Part shown: in pieces, positions 17,695 through 26,718 of the stretch
Numbering within the stretch: the stretch's first letter is position 1
Layout of the letters: every line of letters starts with the position of its first letter
Origin: a virus
Lineage: Duplodnaviria; Caudoviricetes
DNA length: 50,560 bases
Direction: 5' to 3' (one strand)
Virus record (IMG/VR): IMGVR_UViG_3300021519_000015
Span: 1 to 50,560 of that record
Position numbers and translations under genes: made by a program
The notes under the pieces: model-generated
What the model was told of the DNA's origin: nothing
The model's database searches: none
Seen by the model: only the letters and a program-made list of their open reading frames with translations

Positions 17695-18960
17695 ATGACA
17701 GCTACCGCCGAAAACACCAGCACCGAATCCGCCACCATCGCCGCCGAAGTCGAAATGCGCGTCCGCAGCCACCCCATGGCCCCGGCGAGCAACCTCATCT
17801 GCCACCCCGGCACGATGATTCCGCAGATCGAGCAGCTCAACATCGACCTCGCAGACATCAAGCTCGACCTCACCGAGGCAGGCAGCAGCGCCCGCCGCCA
17901 CGTGAAGGAGCTCAAGATCGCCGGACAGGTCGTCCGCTACAGCGATCGCTTCGGCAACAGCCTCAGCGGCCTGATCGGACAGTCCAAGTCCATCTTCCGC
18001 CTCTTCGAACCGGACGAAGTCATCAGCCGCGCCCTTGAACGCGGTCATCGTGCGGCCTGCCGCGTCACGCTCACCACGCTCAAGGACGGCACCCGGCAGG
18101 TTCTCGCAGCCACCGGCCCCAAGGCCGTGGCCGTGCCGCTCGACGATTACATGACCATCATGGCCGATGCCGGAGTGAACCTCCAGCACGTGCGCTATGC
18201 GGACGGTGAGCTCCACTCGCCACACACCCCGTCGCTCGCTTCGAGCTTCATGGTCGGCAGCGACGTCATGGAGAACAAGTTCACGCTCTCCGCCCCGCTC
18301 GACGGATACGGCCAGCTCTCGAGCTTCCTCTCGATCCTGCGGCAGGTTTGCAGCAATGGCGCGGTCGCCATGGCTCCGGCGTTCCGCACCAGCATTCCGC
18401 TCGGCGATGCCGATAAGGAGGGATTCAACCCCGGTGGCGTCCTCCGCCGCTTCCTGAACAGCTTCAATCACGAGGAAGGCTACAAGGCACTGAGCGACCG
18501 CTTTGTGGCGGCGAACAAGTGCCCGGCCTCCGTGGATGAGTACTTCGGCCTGCGCAAGACGCTGAACGGATTCCTCGACACCGAGAACTCCGGGACGCGC
18601 GGGTGCTCCGAATGGGAAGTGCGGGTCGCACTCGACAAGCTCGCCGGAGACATCGAGGGTGTCTATGGCAGCGCGAACCTCGATCAGGTGCCCGCCAAGG
18701 TGCGCCGCTCGATGCCCACAAAGATGAGCGTCTATCGCCTGATCAACTTCGCGACCGAGGTGGCCACACACTACGCTCACGAAGGCTCCCGCCGCCGCCT
18801 CGCGCTGTTCGTCGGCCCGCTGCTCGCAGCCACCGGCGGCTTCGATCTGGAGAACATGCTCCGCCCCGAGGAGACGCCTGAGGCCTTCTACCTCAAGCAC
18901 ATCGTCGGCGCGAACTCCGGCGTGGCCGGTGCTCTGCCCGAAATCGCATCTGCCAACTAG
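17695..18960 (+). CDS. DUF932/DUF945-like phage protein
   Basis: LDGYG..S...ILRQVCSNGAV and VYRLINFATEVATH patterns; strong C/G third-position bias. Confidence 0.6.
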   Translation: MTATAENTSTESATIAAEVEMRVRSHPMAPASNLICHPGTMIPQIEQLNIDLADIKLDLTEAGSSARRHVKELKIAGQVVRYSDRFGNSLSGLIGQSKSIFRLFEPDEVISRALERGHRAACRVTLTTLKDGTRQVLAATGPKAVAVPLDDYMTIMADAGVNLQHVRYADGELHSPHTPSLASSFMVGSDVMENKFTLSAPLDGYGQLSSFLSILRQVCSNGAVAMAPAFRTSIPLGDADKEGFNPGGVLRRFLNSFNHEEGYKALSDRFVAANKCPASVDEYFGLRKTLNGFLDTENSGTRGCSEWEVRVALDKLAGDIEGVYGSANLDQVPAKVRRSMPTKMSVYRLINFATEVATHYAHEGSRRRLALFVGPLLAATGGFDLENMLRPEETPEAFYLKHIVGANSGVAGALPEIASAN

Positions 18961-18979
18961 TCCACCCTAACTGGCAAGA

Positions 18980-19010
18980 CGCGGGGAGCGAGATCGGCTC
19001 GCTCCCCGCG
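18980..19010 (+). terminator. 13-bp GC-rich hairpin after stop (terminator or processing stem; no U-tract)
   Basis: CGCGGGGAGCGAG-ATCGG-CTCGCTCCCCGCG. Confidence 0.5.
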
Positions 19011-19021
19011 AATGCCGGTAA

Positions 19022-19180
19022 CGAAGGGTTATCTGGTGGGTAGAGGCGAAGCACGCCTGCAAACGGGGAACCGACAGAGAACCACGAGTGAAGTACCAAG
19101 TAGGCTGCATTGTCATGGCCGAACGGGAATTGCACCACTGCCGCGCAAGCGCAACGGGGCACTCACCAGATAGTCCTTCG
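19022..19180 (+). ncRNA. Candidate structured non-coding RNA (unassigned family)
   Basis: 19022-19041 pairs fully with 19161-19180 (17 WC + 3 G-U); internal hairpins AGGCG/CGCCT, CGG-GGAA-CCG and CGC-GCAA-GCG. Confidence 0.6.
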
Positions 19181-19306
19181 CAACACAATGATCACCACCC
19201 GCACGTTCCTGCGCGACGAGGTAGTGGTTGGCACGTGCGCCACCCACGCCAGAAAGCTGGTGCGCCTCCTATCCGATTCATTCACACCCACCAACACCAA
19301 CAACTA

Positions 19307-21070
19307 ATGCAACTTAAACTTACATCCGAGCAAATCAAGGAACTCACCAAGCTGGGAATTACGGCTGCTGCCGTCGAAATTGCTCGATGGGATAATGATA
19401 CCGTCTTCGAAAGCTACGAGGTGCCGCCGGGTTACATTGTGCGACTGGCCAAGCATGCACGCGCCAACCCCAAATCGTACAACGGCATCCTGCAAAAGCT
19501 GGCACAGCTTGAACGCGTGCTGAAGGCTCCAAAGACGCACAAGTGCACGCGCCTCGACACGTTGAGCGAGGCTATTCTGCAGTCCTGCTTGGTGCAATCG
19601 CCAAATCGGTGGCTGTTCGACATTGAGTCTGAGGTGCCGTCCCCATGGTTGGTAACCGGGTGCGCGTATACGCCTGCCAATTGCACACGTGATCGGGACG
19701 AACCAGCACGGGTGACCCTGTCACTGGCTGCCAGCGTGCGCGGCAGTAAGACACACAAGCACCTGACTTTTCACCAGGATGACCTAATGATCAGCGCGGG
19801 TGAGCGCGATGCAGCTCGGCGAGCAGAAGCACTTCGCAACACGGAGGAAGACCACCTGCAGGTTGAAGAAACGAATGCAAAGCTGGCCAAGTATGGGGTA
19901 ACCGTGGAAGACATACTGGCGCGCGAGGGCTTCGTCTTTGAAGCGCCGGAGCTCAAGGCTAACTACGACAAGTACGTGGCGGAGTGGGAGGTGTTATGGA
20001 AGCAGCACTTTCAGCAGTTCACGTATGTGACGCGCGTTATAGATGAGGCTGAGGATGAGGACGATGCCACACTTCAGCGGCAAAAGGCCATGGCCGATGC
20101 CACACTAGGCGCATCGGAGTACAAAGTGGTGAACGACGTTCCAACGCTCAAGCTCAGGGGCGAAGAGACCACCCTCCGCATTCCGGCTCTCAAGCGCAGC
20201 ATCGAGGAGGGTACCGAGGACGATACCGACATCTTTCACATTCCAATTCACCCGTGGCTGTACGTATTCAATCTGGAGACGCATAGCCACATGTGGGTGG
20301 CCCCGCACAAGGTTAAGGCATACGTGTACGACACCGGATTGGTGGAGCGCCTCATCCTGCCCGATCCGCACAAGCAGCTGATCCGGTTGCTCACCAGCAA
20401 CCCGGACACCCTCGCTGCAGACTTCGTGCGCGGCAAATCTGCCGGTACCATTATCATGGCAACCGGCAACCCCGGATTAGGTAAGACTATGTCGGCAGAA
20501 GCTTACTCGGAGGGTAGCCAAACCATCCTTTACAAGGTGCAGAGCGATCAGCTTGGTCTGAGCCCTGACGCCATCGAGAAAAACCTCAAGGAAGTATTCG
20601 CCCGCGCTTTGCGATGGAACGCCGTCCTGCTCATCGATGAGTGTGATATTTACGTTCGCGCACGCGGCACAGATATCAAACAGAATGCGATAGTGGGCAC
20701 ACTCCTGCGCACTTTGGAGTACTTCAACGGAGTGATTTTCATGACCACCAACCGCGCCACGGAAATTGACGACGCCATCATGTCCAGATGCAGCGCCGTC
20801 ATCCGTTATGATTACCCGTCTGCCGCACACGCACTGGCTATCTTTGATCAGTTTGCAACACTGTTCAAGCTCACCGTTCCTGCATCCGTGATCAAGCAAT
20901 TTCTAACCAGCATGGCCCAGCGTCCAACACTGAAGGAATTTGCTGCGGATGGTCACCCGCAAATCAGTGGTCGCACCATTAAGAACCTGCTGCGCCTTAC
21001 CGCCAGACAGGGGATCAGCAAGCCATCAGCAAAGGAAATGCTAGACACAATGGAATATCTGGCAACCTGA
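19307..21070 (+). CDS. AAA+ ATPase with long N-terminal region
   Basis: Walker A GNPGLGKT, Walker B LLIDECD, LEYFNGVIFMTTNR, IDDAIMSR; start taken at ATG 19307. Confidence 0.9.
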   Translation: MQLKLTSEQIKELTKLGITAAAVEIARWDNDTVFESYEVPPGYIVRLAKHARANPKSYNGILQKLAQLERVLKAPKTHKCTRLDTLSEAILQSCLVQSPNRWLFDIESEVPSPWLVTGCAYTPANCTRDRDEPARVTLSLAASVRGSKTHKHLTFHQDDLMISAGERDAARRAEALRNTEEDHLQVEETNAKLAKYGVTVEDILAREGFVFEAPELKANYDKYVAEWEVLWKQHFQQFTYVTRVIDEAEDEDDATLQRQKAMADATLGASEYKVVNDVPTLKLRGEETTLRIPALKRSIEEGTEDDTDIFHIPIHPWLYVFNLETHSHMWVAPHKVKAYVYDTGLVERLILPDPHKQLIRLLTSNPDTLAADFVRGKSAGTIIMATGNPGLGKTMSAEAYSEGSQTILYKVQSDQLGLSPDAIEKNLKEVFARALRWNAVLLIDECDIYVRARGTDIKQNAIVGTLLRTLEYFNGVIFMTTNRATEIDDAIMSRCSAVIRYDYPSAAHALAIFDQFATLFKLTVPASVIKQFLTSMAQRPTLKEFAADGHPQISGRTIKNLLRLTARQGISKPSAKEMLDTMEYLAT

Positions 21071-21095
21071 ACCGACTATAAGCGTTCCTCCGCAC

Positions 21096-21461
21096 ATGTC
21101 TGAAGAAGCCCAAATTGCCGATATCGGCGCAAACTCCACCAACGTTGAAAACATGCGACTGTTCGTAGGGCTGGAGATCTTCATCTTCATTACGCACGTC
21201 GTCCTGTCAGGCGTTGCCTGCTTCGTTGGCGCGCTCACCGGGGCGTGGATAGCGTGGGGAGTCATCGCCGTCCTGGTCATGCTGTTCGGGTTTGGTCTGA
21301 CCGCCTTCATGATGATGACGCGGCTAATAAGTTACACGATAGCATTCGCCCAGATGGCGGAGTTGCTGGATGCAACGCGCCTTGTGATGCTGTCGCTGTT
21401 CTCCAAACCTGGAGCCGGAAAACCTGCACCGTTTAAGCCGAAGAATCCAGACACCATTTGA
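21096..21461 (+). CDS. Putative membrane protein
   Basis: Two long hydrophobic segments. Confidence 0.7.
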   Translation: MSEEAQIADIGANSTNVENMRLFVGLEIFIFITHVVLSGVACFVGALTGAWIAWGVIAVLVMLFGFGLTAFMMMTRLISYTIAFAQMAELLDATRLVMLSLFSKPGAGKPAPFKPKNPDTI

Positions 21462-21640
21462 TGAACCCCGCACCATGGGTAGAGCGCGACTTCAAGGTCG
21501 CGGCCAACGATGCCCTTCTGCGGCTGCTGGAGGCAACACCTGCAGATGGGCTGAAGCTAGCCATGGTTCCTAATATCAGGGTGCGGCCTGACGAACAACC
21601 AGCGGTCATTCCTCGACGCCGCAATGCGCATAATATATGA
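21458..21640 (+). CDS. Small hypothetical protein
   Basis: 60 aa, overlaps both neighbours. Confidence 0.5.
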   Translation: MMNPAPWVERDFKVAANDALLRLLEATPADGLKLAMVPNIRVRPDEQPAVIPRRRNAHNI

Positions 21641-23139
21641 GTTACCTTGATCATTGGGCAATGCAGTCACCTCCGCGCCCACAGCAGGCCGAGGTACTTG
21701 AGTGGGCTGAACGGTCTGAAGCGCGTACGTTGCTGGTTAATGCCCCAACTGGCGTTGGCAAGTCACCCATCATTGTCACCGTCGCCGAAGCAGACGGAGG
21801 CATTATTCTTACGCCGCTCAAGCAGCTGCAGGACCAATATCGTCGAGACTGGCCGGACATGCCTCTTCTCAAGGGGCGGCAGAACTACCCATGCGACCAC
21901 TTCAGCGGATCGGACTGTCAGTCCGGAGCTGCGGCTGGCTGCAACGCAGAAGCATGTCCGTATCGATCTGCGCGCGGCACATTCTTCGGCGCGCGAGCCG
22001 CCGTCACCAACTACGCGTGGTTATTTGCGGCCATGCGACAGGCTGAGTTTGAACTGCCAAGCGGAGAATGGTTGTGTTGCGATGAGGGACATGCGCTTGA
22101 GGCCAACCTAATTGGTGCTGCTGCCGTCAAGGTCACCCTCGATATCATCAAGCTGCTGGAATTTCGCGAGACGTGGCCTACGGATGTGACTACCTCCGTA
22201 TCATTCATGGAGCGTATGCTCACCGTGGTCAGCGTGCGCATTGTACAAATGTCACAGGAGTGCAGCGTTGGCGGAGACGCCGTGGACCCGGACATGGCGC
22301 ACAACCTGGTCAAGTTAAGGATGTTGTCGCAGTCCATTGAGTACTTCCTCGAGTCGCACGAGCAGGAGACGTGGGTATTCTCAGATGATGGCGACCTCAT
22401 GACCTTCACGCTCCGACCGTTAACCGCACAACGGCTTTACAGCACATACATGGAACCGCTGGGACGCCGCATCCTGCTCGCCAGTGCAACGCTTCCAGAG
22501 CCACGGCTGCTGGAGAGGTGGGTCGGCATTGCCGATGCCGAGCGCATTGACTTACCGTCACCATTTGATACAGCAAACCGAACGGTGAGGTTCGCACCAG
22601 CCGGAGACATGTCCAGAAGTGCGTCAACGGCCTCGCTGCCTGCAATCGCGAACAGGATCGTGAAGCTGCTGGATGCGTACAAGGGGCACAAGGGCATCAT
22701 CCACTCACACTCGTTTAAGCTCACGGAGCAGCTTTCCACCATGCTGCGACACCACACCGGGCGAGTTCTCGTTCATGCTCGCGACACGGATCGGCAAAAC
22801 CTCATCGAGCACCATCTCCGGAGTTCGGAACCAACGGTGCTAATGAGTCCGTCTATTACGGAAGGGCTGGACTTGTTCGACGACCTTAGCCGATTCACCA
22901 TCTTCGCCAAGGTACCATACGCGTACCTTGGCGACAGTTGGGTTGCTGCGCGCATGAAAGAAGACCCGTGCTGGTACGCATGGCAAACCATGCAAGCTAT
23001 TATTCAAGGTACCGGTAGGTCGATTAGAAATGTTAACGACTGGGCGGATTGCTGGTTGATCGATAGTGGATTTGGGTCATTTTGGTCTAGGTGGGGTCAC
23101 CTTGCCCCAAAGTGGTTTGCCGACAGTGTCAGCATGTAG
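21637..23139 (+). CDS. DinG/Rad3-family helicase
   Basis: PRPQQ, APTGVGKS, LQDQY, KGRQNYPC with Fe-S-type Cys, CPY, DEGH, SATL, EGLDL, KVPY, QGTGRSIR..D. Confidence 0.92.
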   Translation: MSYLDHWAMQSPPRPQQAEVLEWAERSEARTLLVNAPTGVGKSPIIVTVAEADGGIILTPLKQLQDQYRRDWPDMPLLKGRQNYPCDHFSGSDCQSGAAAGCNAEACPYRSARGTFFGARAAVTNYAWLFAAMRQAEFELPSGEWLCCDEGHALEANLIGAAAVKVTLDIIKLLEFRETWPTDVTTSVSFMERMLTVVSVRIVQMSQECSVGGDAVDPDMAHNLVKLRMLSQSIEYFLESHEQETWVFSDDGDLMTFTLRPLTAQRLYSTYMEPLGRRILLASATLPEPRLLERWVGIADAERIDLPSPFDTANRTVRFAPAGDMSRSASTASLPAIANRIVKLLDAYKGHKGIIHSHSFKLTEQLSTMLRHHTGRVLVHARDTDRQNLIEHHLRSSEPTVLMSPSITEGLDLFDDLSRFTIFAKVPYAYLGDSWVAARMKEDPCWYAWQTMQAIIQGTGRSIRNVNDWADCWLIDSGFGSFWSRWGHLAPKWFADSVSM

Positions 23140-23180
23140 CACATGCCACATGTTACAGTCCAGATAGCGTTCCTTGCCGT

Positions 23181-23663
23181 GTGATTAACAAGCATTTCCT
23201 TCCGCGTCCGGAGGACCTACCGCAGCTGCAAACGGCAGAGGGCCAGCCGATTCCGTTCGCCCTCATCATCGGCATCGACCCGATGAACCTTGAGGCGGAG
23301 TACGAGAGTCATGCGGCATGGCAGGCAACGATTTCGTATGCCGAGGCACGGGCGCAGGCAGACGCGGCCACGGCAAACCGCGTGTTGGAGCGGCTGCGCG
23401 CCAAGAAATTCTTCGAAAAGAAGCAATCACTTGCAGCTGCTGGGTCGAAGCCTACTAACGACATGATTGCCAATGCTATATGTCTCGATCCAGATGTTGT
23501 TGAACTGGAGGATGCGGCAGCGGCGGCGGATGAACGAGCAGCCATTCTGAACGCTGCACTGAAGTCCTTCATCGCCCGCAAAGATATGATTGTTGGGATC
23601 GGAGCCAACAGTCGAGCCGAGCAGGTGCGCGTATATCGACCAGTTGGGTCACCAGAAGATTAA
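23181..23663 (+). CDS. UvsY-like recombination mediator (helical)
   Basis: Helical Ala-rich protein with KPTNDMIANAI.LDP and FIARKDMI..IGA..RAE; lies near SSB and RecA. Start uncertain (GTG). Confidence 0.5.
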   Translation: MINKHFLPRPEDLPQLQTAEGQPIPFALIIGIDPMNLEAEYESHAAWQATISYAEARAQADAATANRVLERLRAKKFFEKKQSLAAAGSKPTNDMIANAICLDPDVVELEDAAAAADERAAILNAALKSFIARKDMIVGIGANSRAEQVRVYRPVGSPED

Positions 23664-23857
23664 TGGACGCCTACTTTTACAGATGTGGCAAAGAACTCCG
23701 GGGTGACGTGCTTTACTCGAACCCATTGCGGGTTCGCTGCAGGTGCGGCAAAGCGCATGTGCTGGGTGTTCTCAAGGTACCTGATGCCGGAGAGGTAGCA
23801 GACACGTTTGAAAACGAATGGATCAGGCAGACCACCCCACTTCGGCACGGTCACTGA
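23663..23857 (+). CDS. Small Cys-containing hypothetical protein
   Basis: 64 aa, coupled by overlaps on both sides. Confidence 0.6.
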   Translation: MDAYFYRCGKELRGDVLYSNPLRVRCRCGKAHVLGVLKVPDAGEVADTFENEWIRQTTPLRHGH

Positions 23858-24243
23858 TGAAGCACGCTCACGACATTCTTCGAGCACGGTTGCACGCCCG
23901 CATTGACGCTCACGGCAAGCCACCAGCACGAGCAGCAGCAAAGTACACCATGGAGCAGCTGCAGGGACAGTGGCATGACCTGTTCGAGACCATGATGCGC
24001 AATAGGCTTCAAATGGGGGCGCTGCGCTACGGACTCAATTTCTGCAATGCTGCAGGAAAGCCGCAGTACGATCGGCTGCAAAGTGCCATTAAGCGGCTGG
24101 AGTTATATCAGGAGACCGGCAACGACGAGCTGCTGGTAGACGTTGCCAACCTGATGATGCTAGAATTCGGAGAGGGCAAGCATGCCAAGAAACACTTTGA
24201 AGCCGTGGACGGAGATAGTCGAATTGCCGTACATGAAGCTTAA
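23857..24243 (+). CDS. Conserved phage protein, possibly dNTP pyrophosphohydrolase-like (all-alpha)
   Basis: MGALRYG...YQETGNDELLVDVANLMMLEF; E/D-x-x-D-x-x-N helix resembles MazG/DUF550-type motifs. Function uncertain. Confidence 0.45.
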   Translation: MKHAHDILRARLHARIDAHGKPPARAAAKYTMEQLQGQWHDLFETMMRNRLQMGALRYGLNFCNAAGKPQYDRLQSAIKRLELYQETGNDELLVDVANLMMLEFGEGKHAKKHFEAVDGDSRIAVHEA

Positions 24244-24478
24244 AGTTACCAAGTTCTGTCTGCAGCCGACGCCGTCCTTTCCAGACGGTGCCCCGCAGCG
24301 CGAGGAGTACGAGTCTGCTGACATACACAGGCAAGATTGCCGCAGGTATATAACAGAGTGGGTACAGAAGTACGAGTGCCTCGGACTTACCACACATTGG
24401 CTTACCGATGGTCGGGACGGTCGCACGATAACGGAATGTCGGGACCGCAACTGCCCGCAGCACTTTCCACGTGACTGA
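24233..24478 (+). CDS. Small hypothetical protein
   Basis: Start MKLKVTKF; fills the gap between coupled genes. Confidence 0.55.
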   Translation: MKLKVTKFCLQPTPSFPDGAPQREEYESADIHRQDCRRYITEWVQKYECLGLTTHWLTDGRDGRTITECRDRNCPQHFPRD

Positions 24479-25325
24479 CGTCTGCATCATTCATGGAGAT
24501 TGCCGAACCGGCCTGCGTGTCCTGCCGGATGCCAGCATCAACTGCTGCGTTACGTCGCCGCCGTATTACGGACAAAGGGATTATGGACACGCTGGACAGC
24601 TGGGAATAGAAAGGACGCCAGAGGAGTACATTCAGTCCTTGGTTTCTGTGTTCGCGGAAGTGTGGCGAGTGCTTCGCCCGGATGGGACCCTATGGATTAA
24701 CCTAGGCGACACTTACTCGCGAGGTAACCGCCGCACCGTAATTGCGCAGCGAGGAGCTCTAGCATCCAGCAAGGACGGTGGCAAATACGGGTTCGTTTCG
24801 GCCTCAGGTATGATAGGTGATCATCCGATTATTAAGCCGAAGGATATGATTGGAGCACCATGGAGGATGGCATTTGCGCTGCAGGCCGCAGGGTGGTATC
24901 TGAGGCAGGACAACATCTGGCACAAACCCAACCCACCGCCGGAAAGCGTAAACGATCGATGTACAAAGGGACATGAGTATATGTTCATGTTCTCCAAGTC
25001 TGAGCAGTATTACTTCGACCACGTAGCCATTATGGAGCCAGACAAGGTTGGCGGCATGCGACGCAGGCGATCCGTGTGGACCATTCCGGTGTACGCCGAC
25101 AAGGCTGCGCACTTTGCTATGTTCCCGCCTGCACTGGTTGAACCCTGCATACTAGCCGGATGCCCACCTGATGGTACGGTACTAGACCCGTTCGCCGGTA
25201 GCGGTATTACAGGCATGGTAGCCTCGAACAATAATCGAGCGTCCGTGCTGTGCGAGATCAACGATAAAAACCTTGATATTATCCGCAAACGCTGTCCGCA
25301 GGCCTTCGTGATAGTTCAGGGGTAA
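24471..25325 (+). CDS. Site-specific DNA methyltransferase (N4-C/N6-A, beta class)
   Basis: CVTSPPY, VWRVLRPDGTLWINLGD, IWHKPNP.PES, HFAMFP, VLDPFAGSG. Confidence 0.95.
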   Translation: MTDVCIIHGDCRTGLRVLPDASINCCVTSPPYYGQRDYGHAGQLGIERTPEEYIQSLVSVFAEVWRVLRPDGTLWINLGDTYSRGNRRTVIAQRGALASSKDGGKYGFVSASGMIGDHPIIKPKDMIGAPWRMAFALQAAGWYLRQDNIWHKPNPPPESVNDRCTKGHEYMFMFSKSEQYYFDHVAIMEPDKVGGMRRRRSVWTIPVYADKAAHFAMFPPALVEPCILAGCPPDGTVLDPFAGSGITGMVASNNNRASVLCEINDKNLDIIRKRCPQAFVIVQG

Positions 25326-25404
25326 CTGCAGAATTTGGGCGTTCCTAGTTATTCGACCAAAGGTCGCCTTACAACAACACACCAACCACATACCAACCCG
25401 TCAT

Positions 25405-26718
25405 ATGCCTCCTCCAACCCAACGCCCCGTCCTCAGCCCAGAACTCCTCGCCGATCTCGAAGAAGATCGCGCCAAATTCAGCACATCTGCTGGTGATAAC
25501 TACAAGATCCCGGACGATAACCGCCCACATGCCATCCGCATCCTGCCTGGCATGTTCGGAAAGAGCAAGCAGAAATTTTACGTGGCTCACGCCCAGCATT
25601 GGGTGGTGGTGGAGGGGCGGCGGCTGCCCATGGAATGCCCGGCCAAGATTACGACAGGCGCGCCGTGCCCGTTCTGTGACGGTCTCGCCGGGTGGCGCGA
25701 ATACGAGACGGAGCTGCGCAGCAACGTTCGCAGCAGTGGTGGCGTGGATCAGATGGCCCTCAAGCGCATCGGTCGCATCATCAGCAACTCCCTGCCCCGC
25801 ATCAGCTATTCAATGAACATCATGGCCCGTGATGATGCCAGCCCCATCGTCCGACCATATTCGGCACCGAGCACGGTCTTCAGCGTGATCGAGAATAACT
25901 TCATCAACAACGGTCCGGACATCCTTGACCCGTACACCGGTATTGACTTCTCTATCACCAAGTCCAAAAAGGGTGGTCGAGCATCGTACAGCACCATCGC
26001 CCTGCTGCAGCCGGTGGCACTCTGGTACACGGATGACGAGCAGATCGACGAGTCCACCATCAACGATCTGATGGAAAAGCGCATCAAGCTCGACAACATC
26101 CGCCTCCCGGATTATGATGAGATGGTGAACTGCTACAACGCCATGGTGGACGCGGTTCAAGCCGGTGCCGAAGACGCCGATATGCGGAACGATGAGGCAC
26201 ATAAGTCACAGCAGAAGCCAGGCGCTGGTACTCGCCCCGCTGGACCTCCGACAGGTGGTGCCCGTCCAGCCGCAGGAGCGGCCCGTCCTGCCCCACGTCC
26301 CACCGCCACGGCAGCAGCTGCCGCCCCGCGTCCCGCTGCCCGTCCCGCCCCTGTTCCCGCCCAAGCCCCTGAGGCGGGTGGCGACGACGTGCCTGATGGT
26401 GTCGAGGACGACGTGCCAATGGACAATGTCGAACCAGCGGCCCAATCACCAGCGGCCCAATCACCAGCCGCGCGACCCCGTCCTGCTGGACCCGCAGCGG
26501 CTGCCCGTCCTGCCGCAGCCCGTCCCGCTGGACCTCCGACCACCCGTCCAGCCGCAACGCCAGCCGCAGCACCTGCTACGCGCCCCGTGGGCACTACCAA
26601 AGCAGCGGCCCCGGCACTGATGCAACGCCTGAAGGCATTGCAGGCGCAGGAAGACGCCACCCCGGCAGAAGGTGGTGGTGAAGCATCTCAGGAACTGGAA
26701 CCCGAACCCGCTGAGTAA
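25405..26718 (+). CDS. Single-stranded DNA-binding protein, gp32-like, with long Pro/Ala-rich tail
   Basis: IRILP, H-W, CP...PCPFC Zn site, YSMNI, DP.TG.DF.ITK; acidic C-terminus; immediately upstream of recA. Confidence 0.8.
   Translation: MPPPTQRPVLSPELLADLEEDRAKFSTSAGDNYKIPDDNRPHAIRILPGMFGKSKQKFYVAHAQHWVVVEGRRLPMECPAKITTGAPCPFCDGLAGWREYETELRSNVRSSGGVDQMALKRIGRIISNSLPRISYSMNIMARDDASPIVRPYSAPSTVFSVIENNFINNGPDILDPYTGIDFSITKSKKGGRASYSTIALLQPVALWYTDDEQIDESTINDLMEKRIKLDNIRLPDYDEMVNCYNAMVDAVQAGAEDADMRNDEAHKSQQKPGAGTRPAGPPTGGARPAAGAARPAPRPTATAAAAAPRPAARPAPVPAQAPEAGGDDVPDGVEDDVPMDNVEPAAQSPAAQSPAARPRPAGPAAAARPAAARPAGPPTTRPAATPAAAPATRPVGTTKAAAPALMQRLKALQAQEDATPAEGGGEASQELEPEPAE

Noticed and set aside
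17647-18900. 417-aa minus-strand ORF and other long antisense ORFs (e.g. 2763-3536, 3716-4457)
   Set aside because: These are shadows of genes with strong third-position GC bias; they have no motifs and no promoter.
19088-19306. N-terminal extension of the AAA ATPase in the ORF track
   Set aside because: It is His/Arg/Pro-rich non-protein-like sequence overlapping the RNA structure; ATG 19307 after an A/C-rich leader is more plausible.
18980-19306. tmRNA or hammerhead ribozyme identity for the structured element
   Set aside because: No tRNA-like T-arm/CCA end and no CUGANGA/GAAA core found.
21637-23139. DinG as part of a type IV CRISPR or other defence system
   Set aside because: No cas genes or array nearby; the context is a phage recombination operon (UvsY-like, SSB, RecA).
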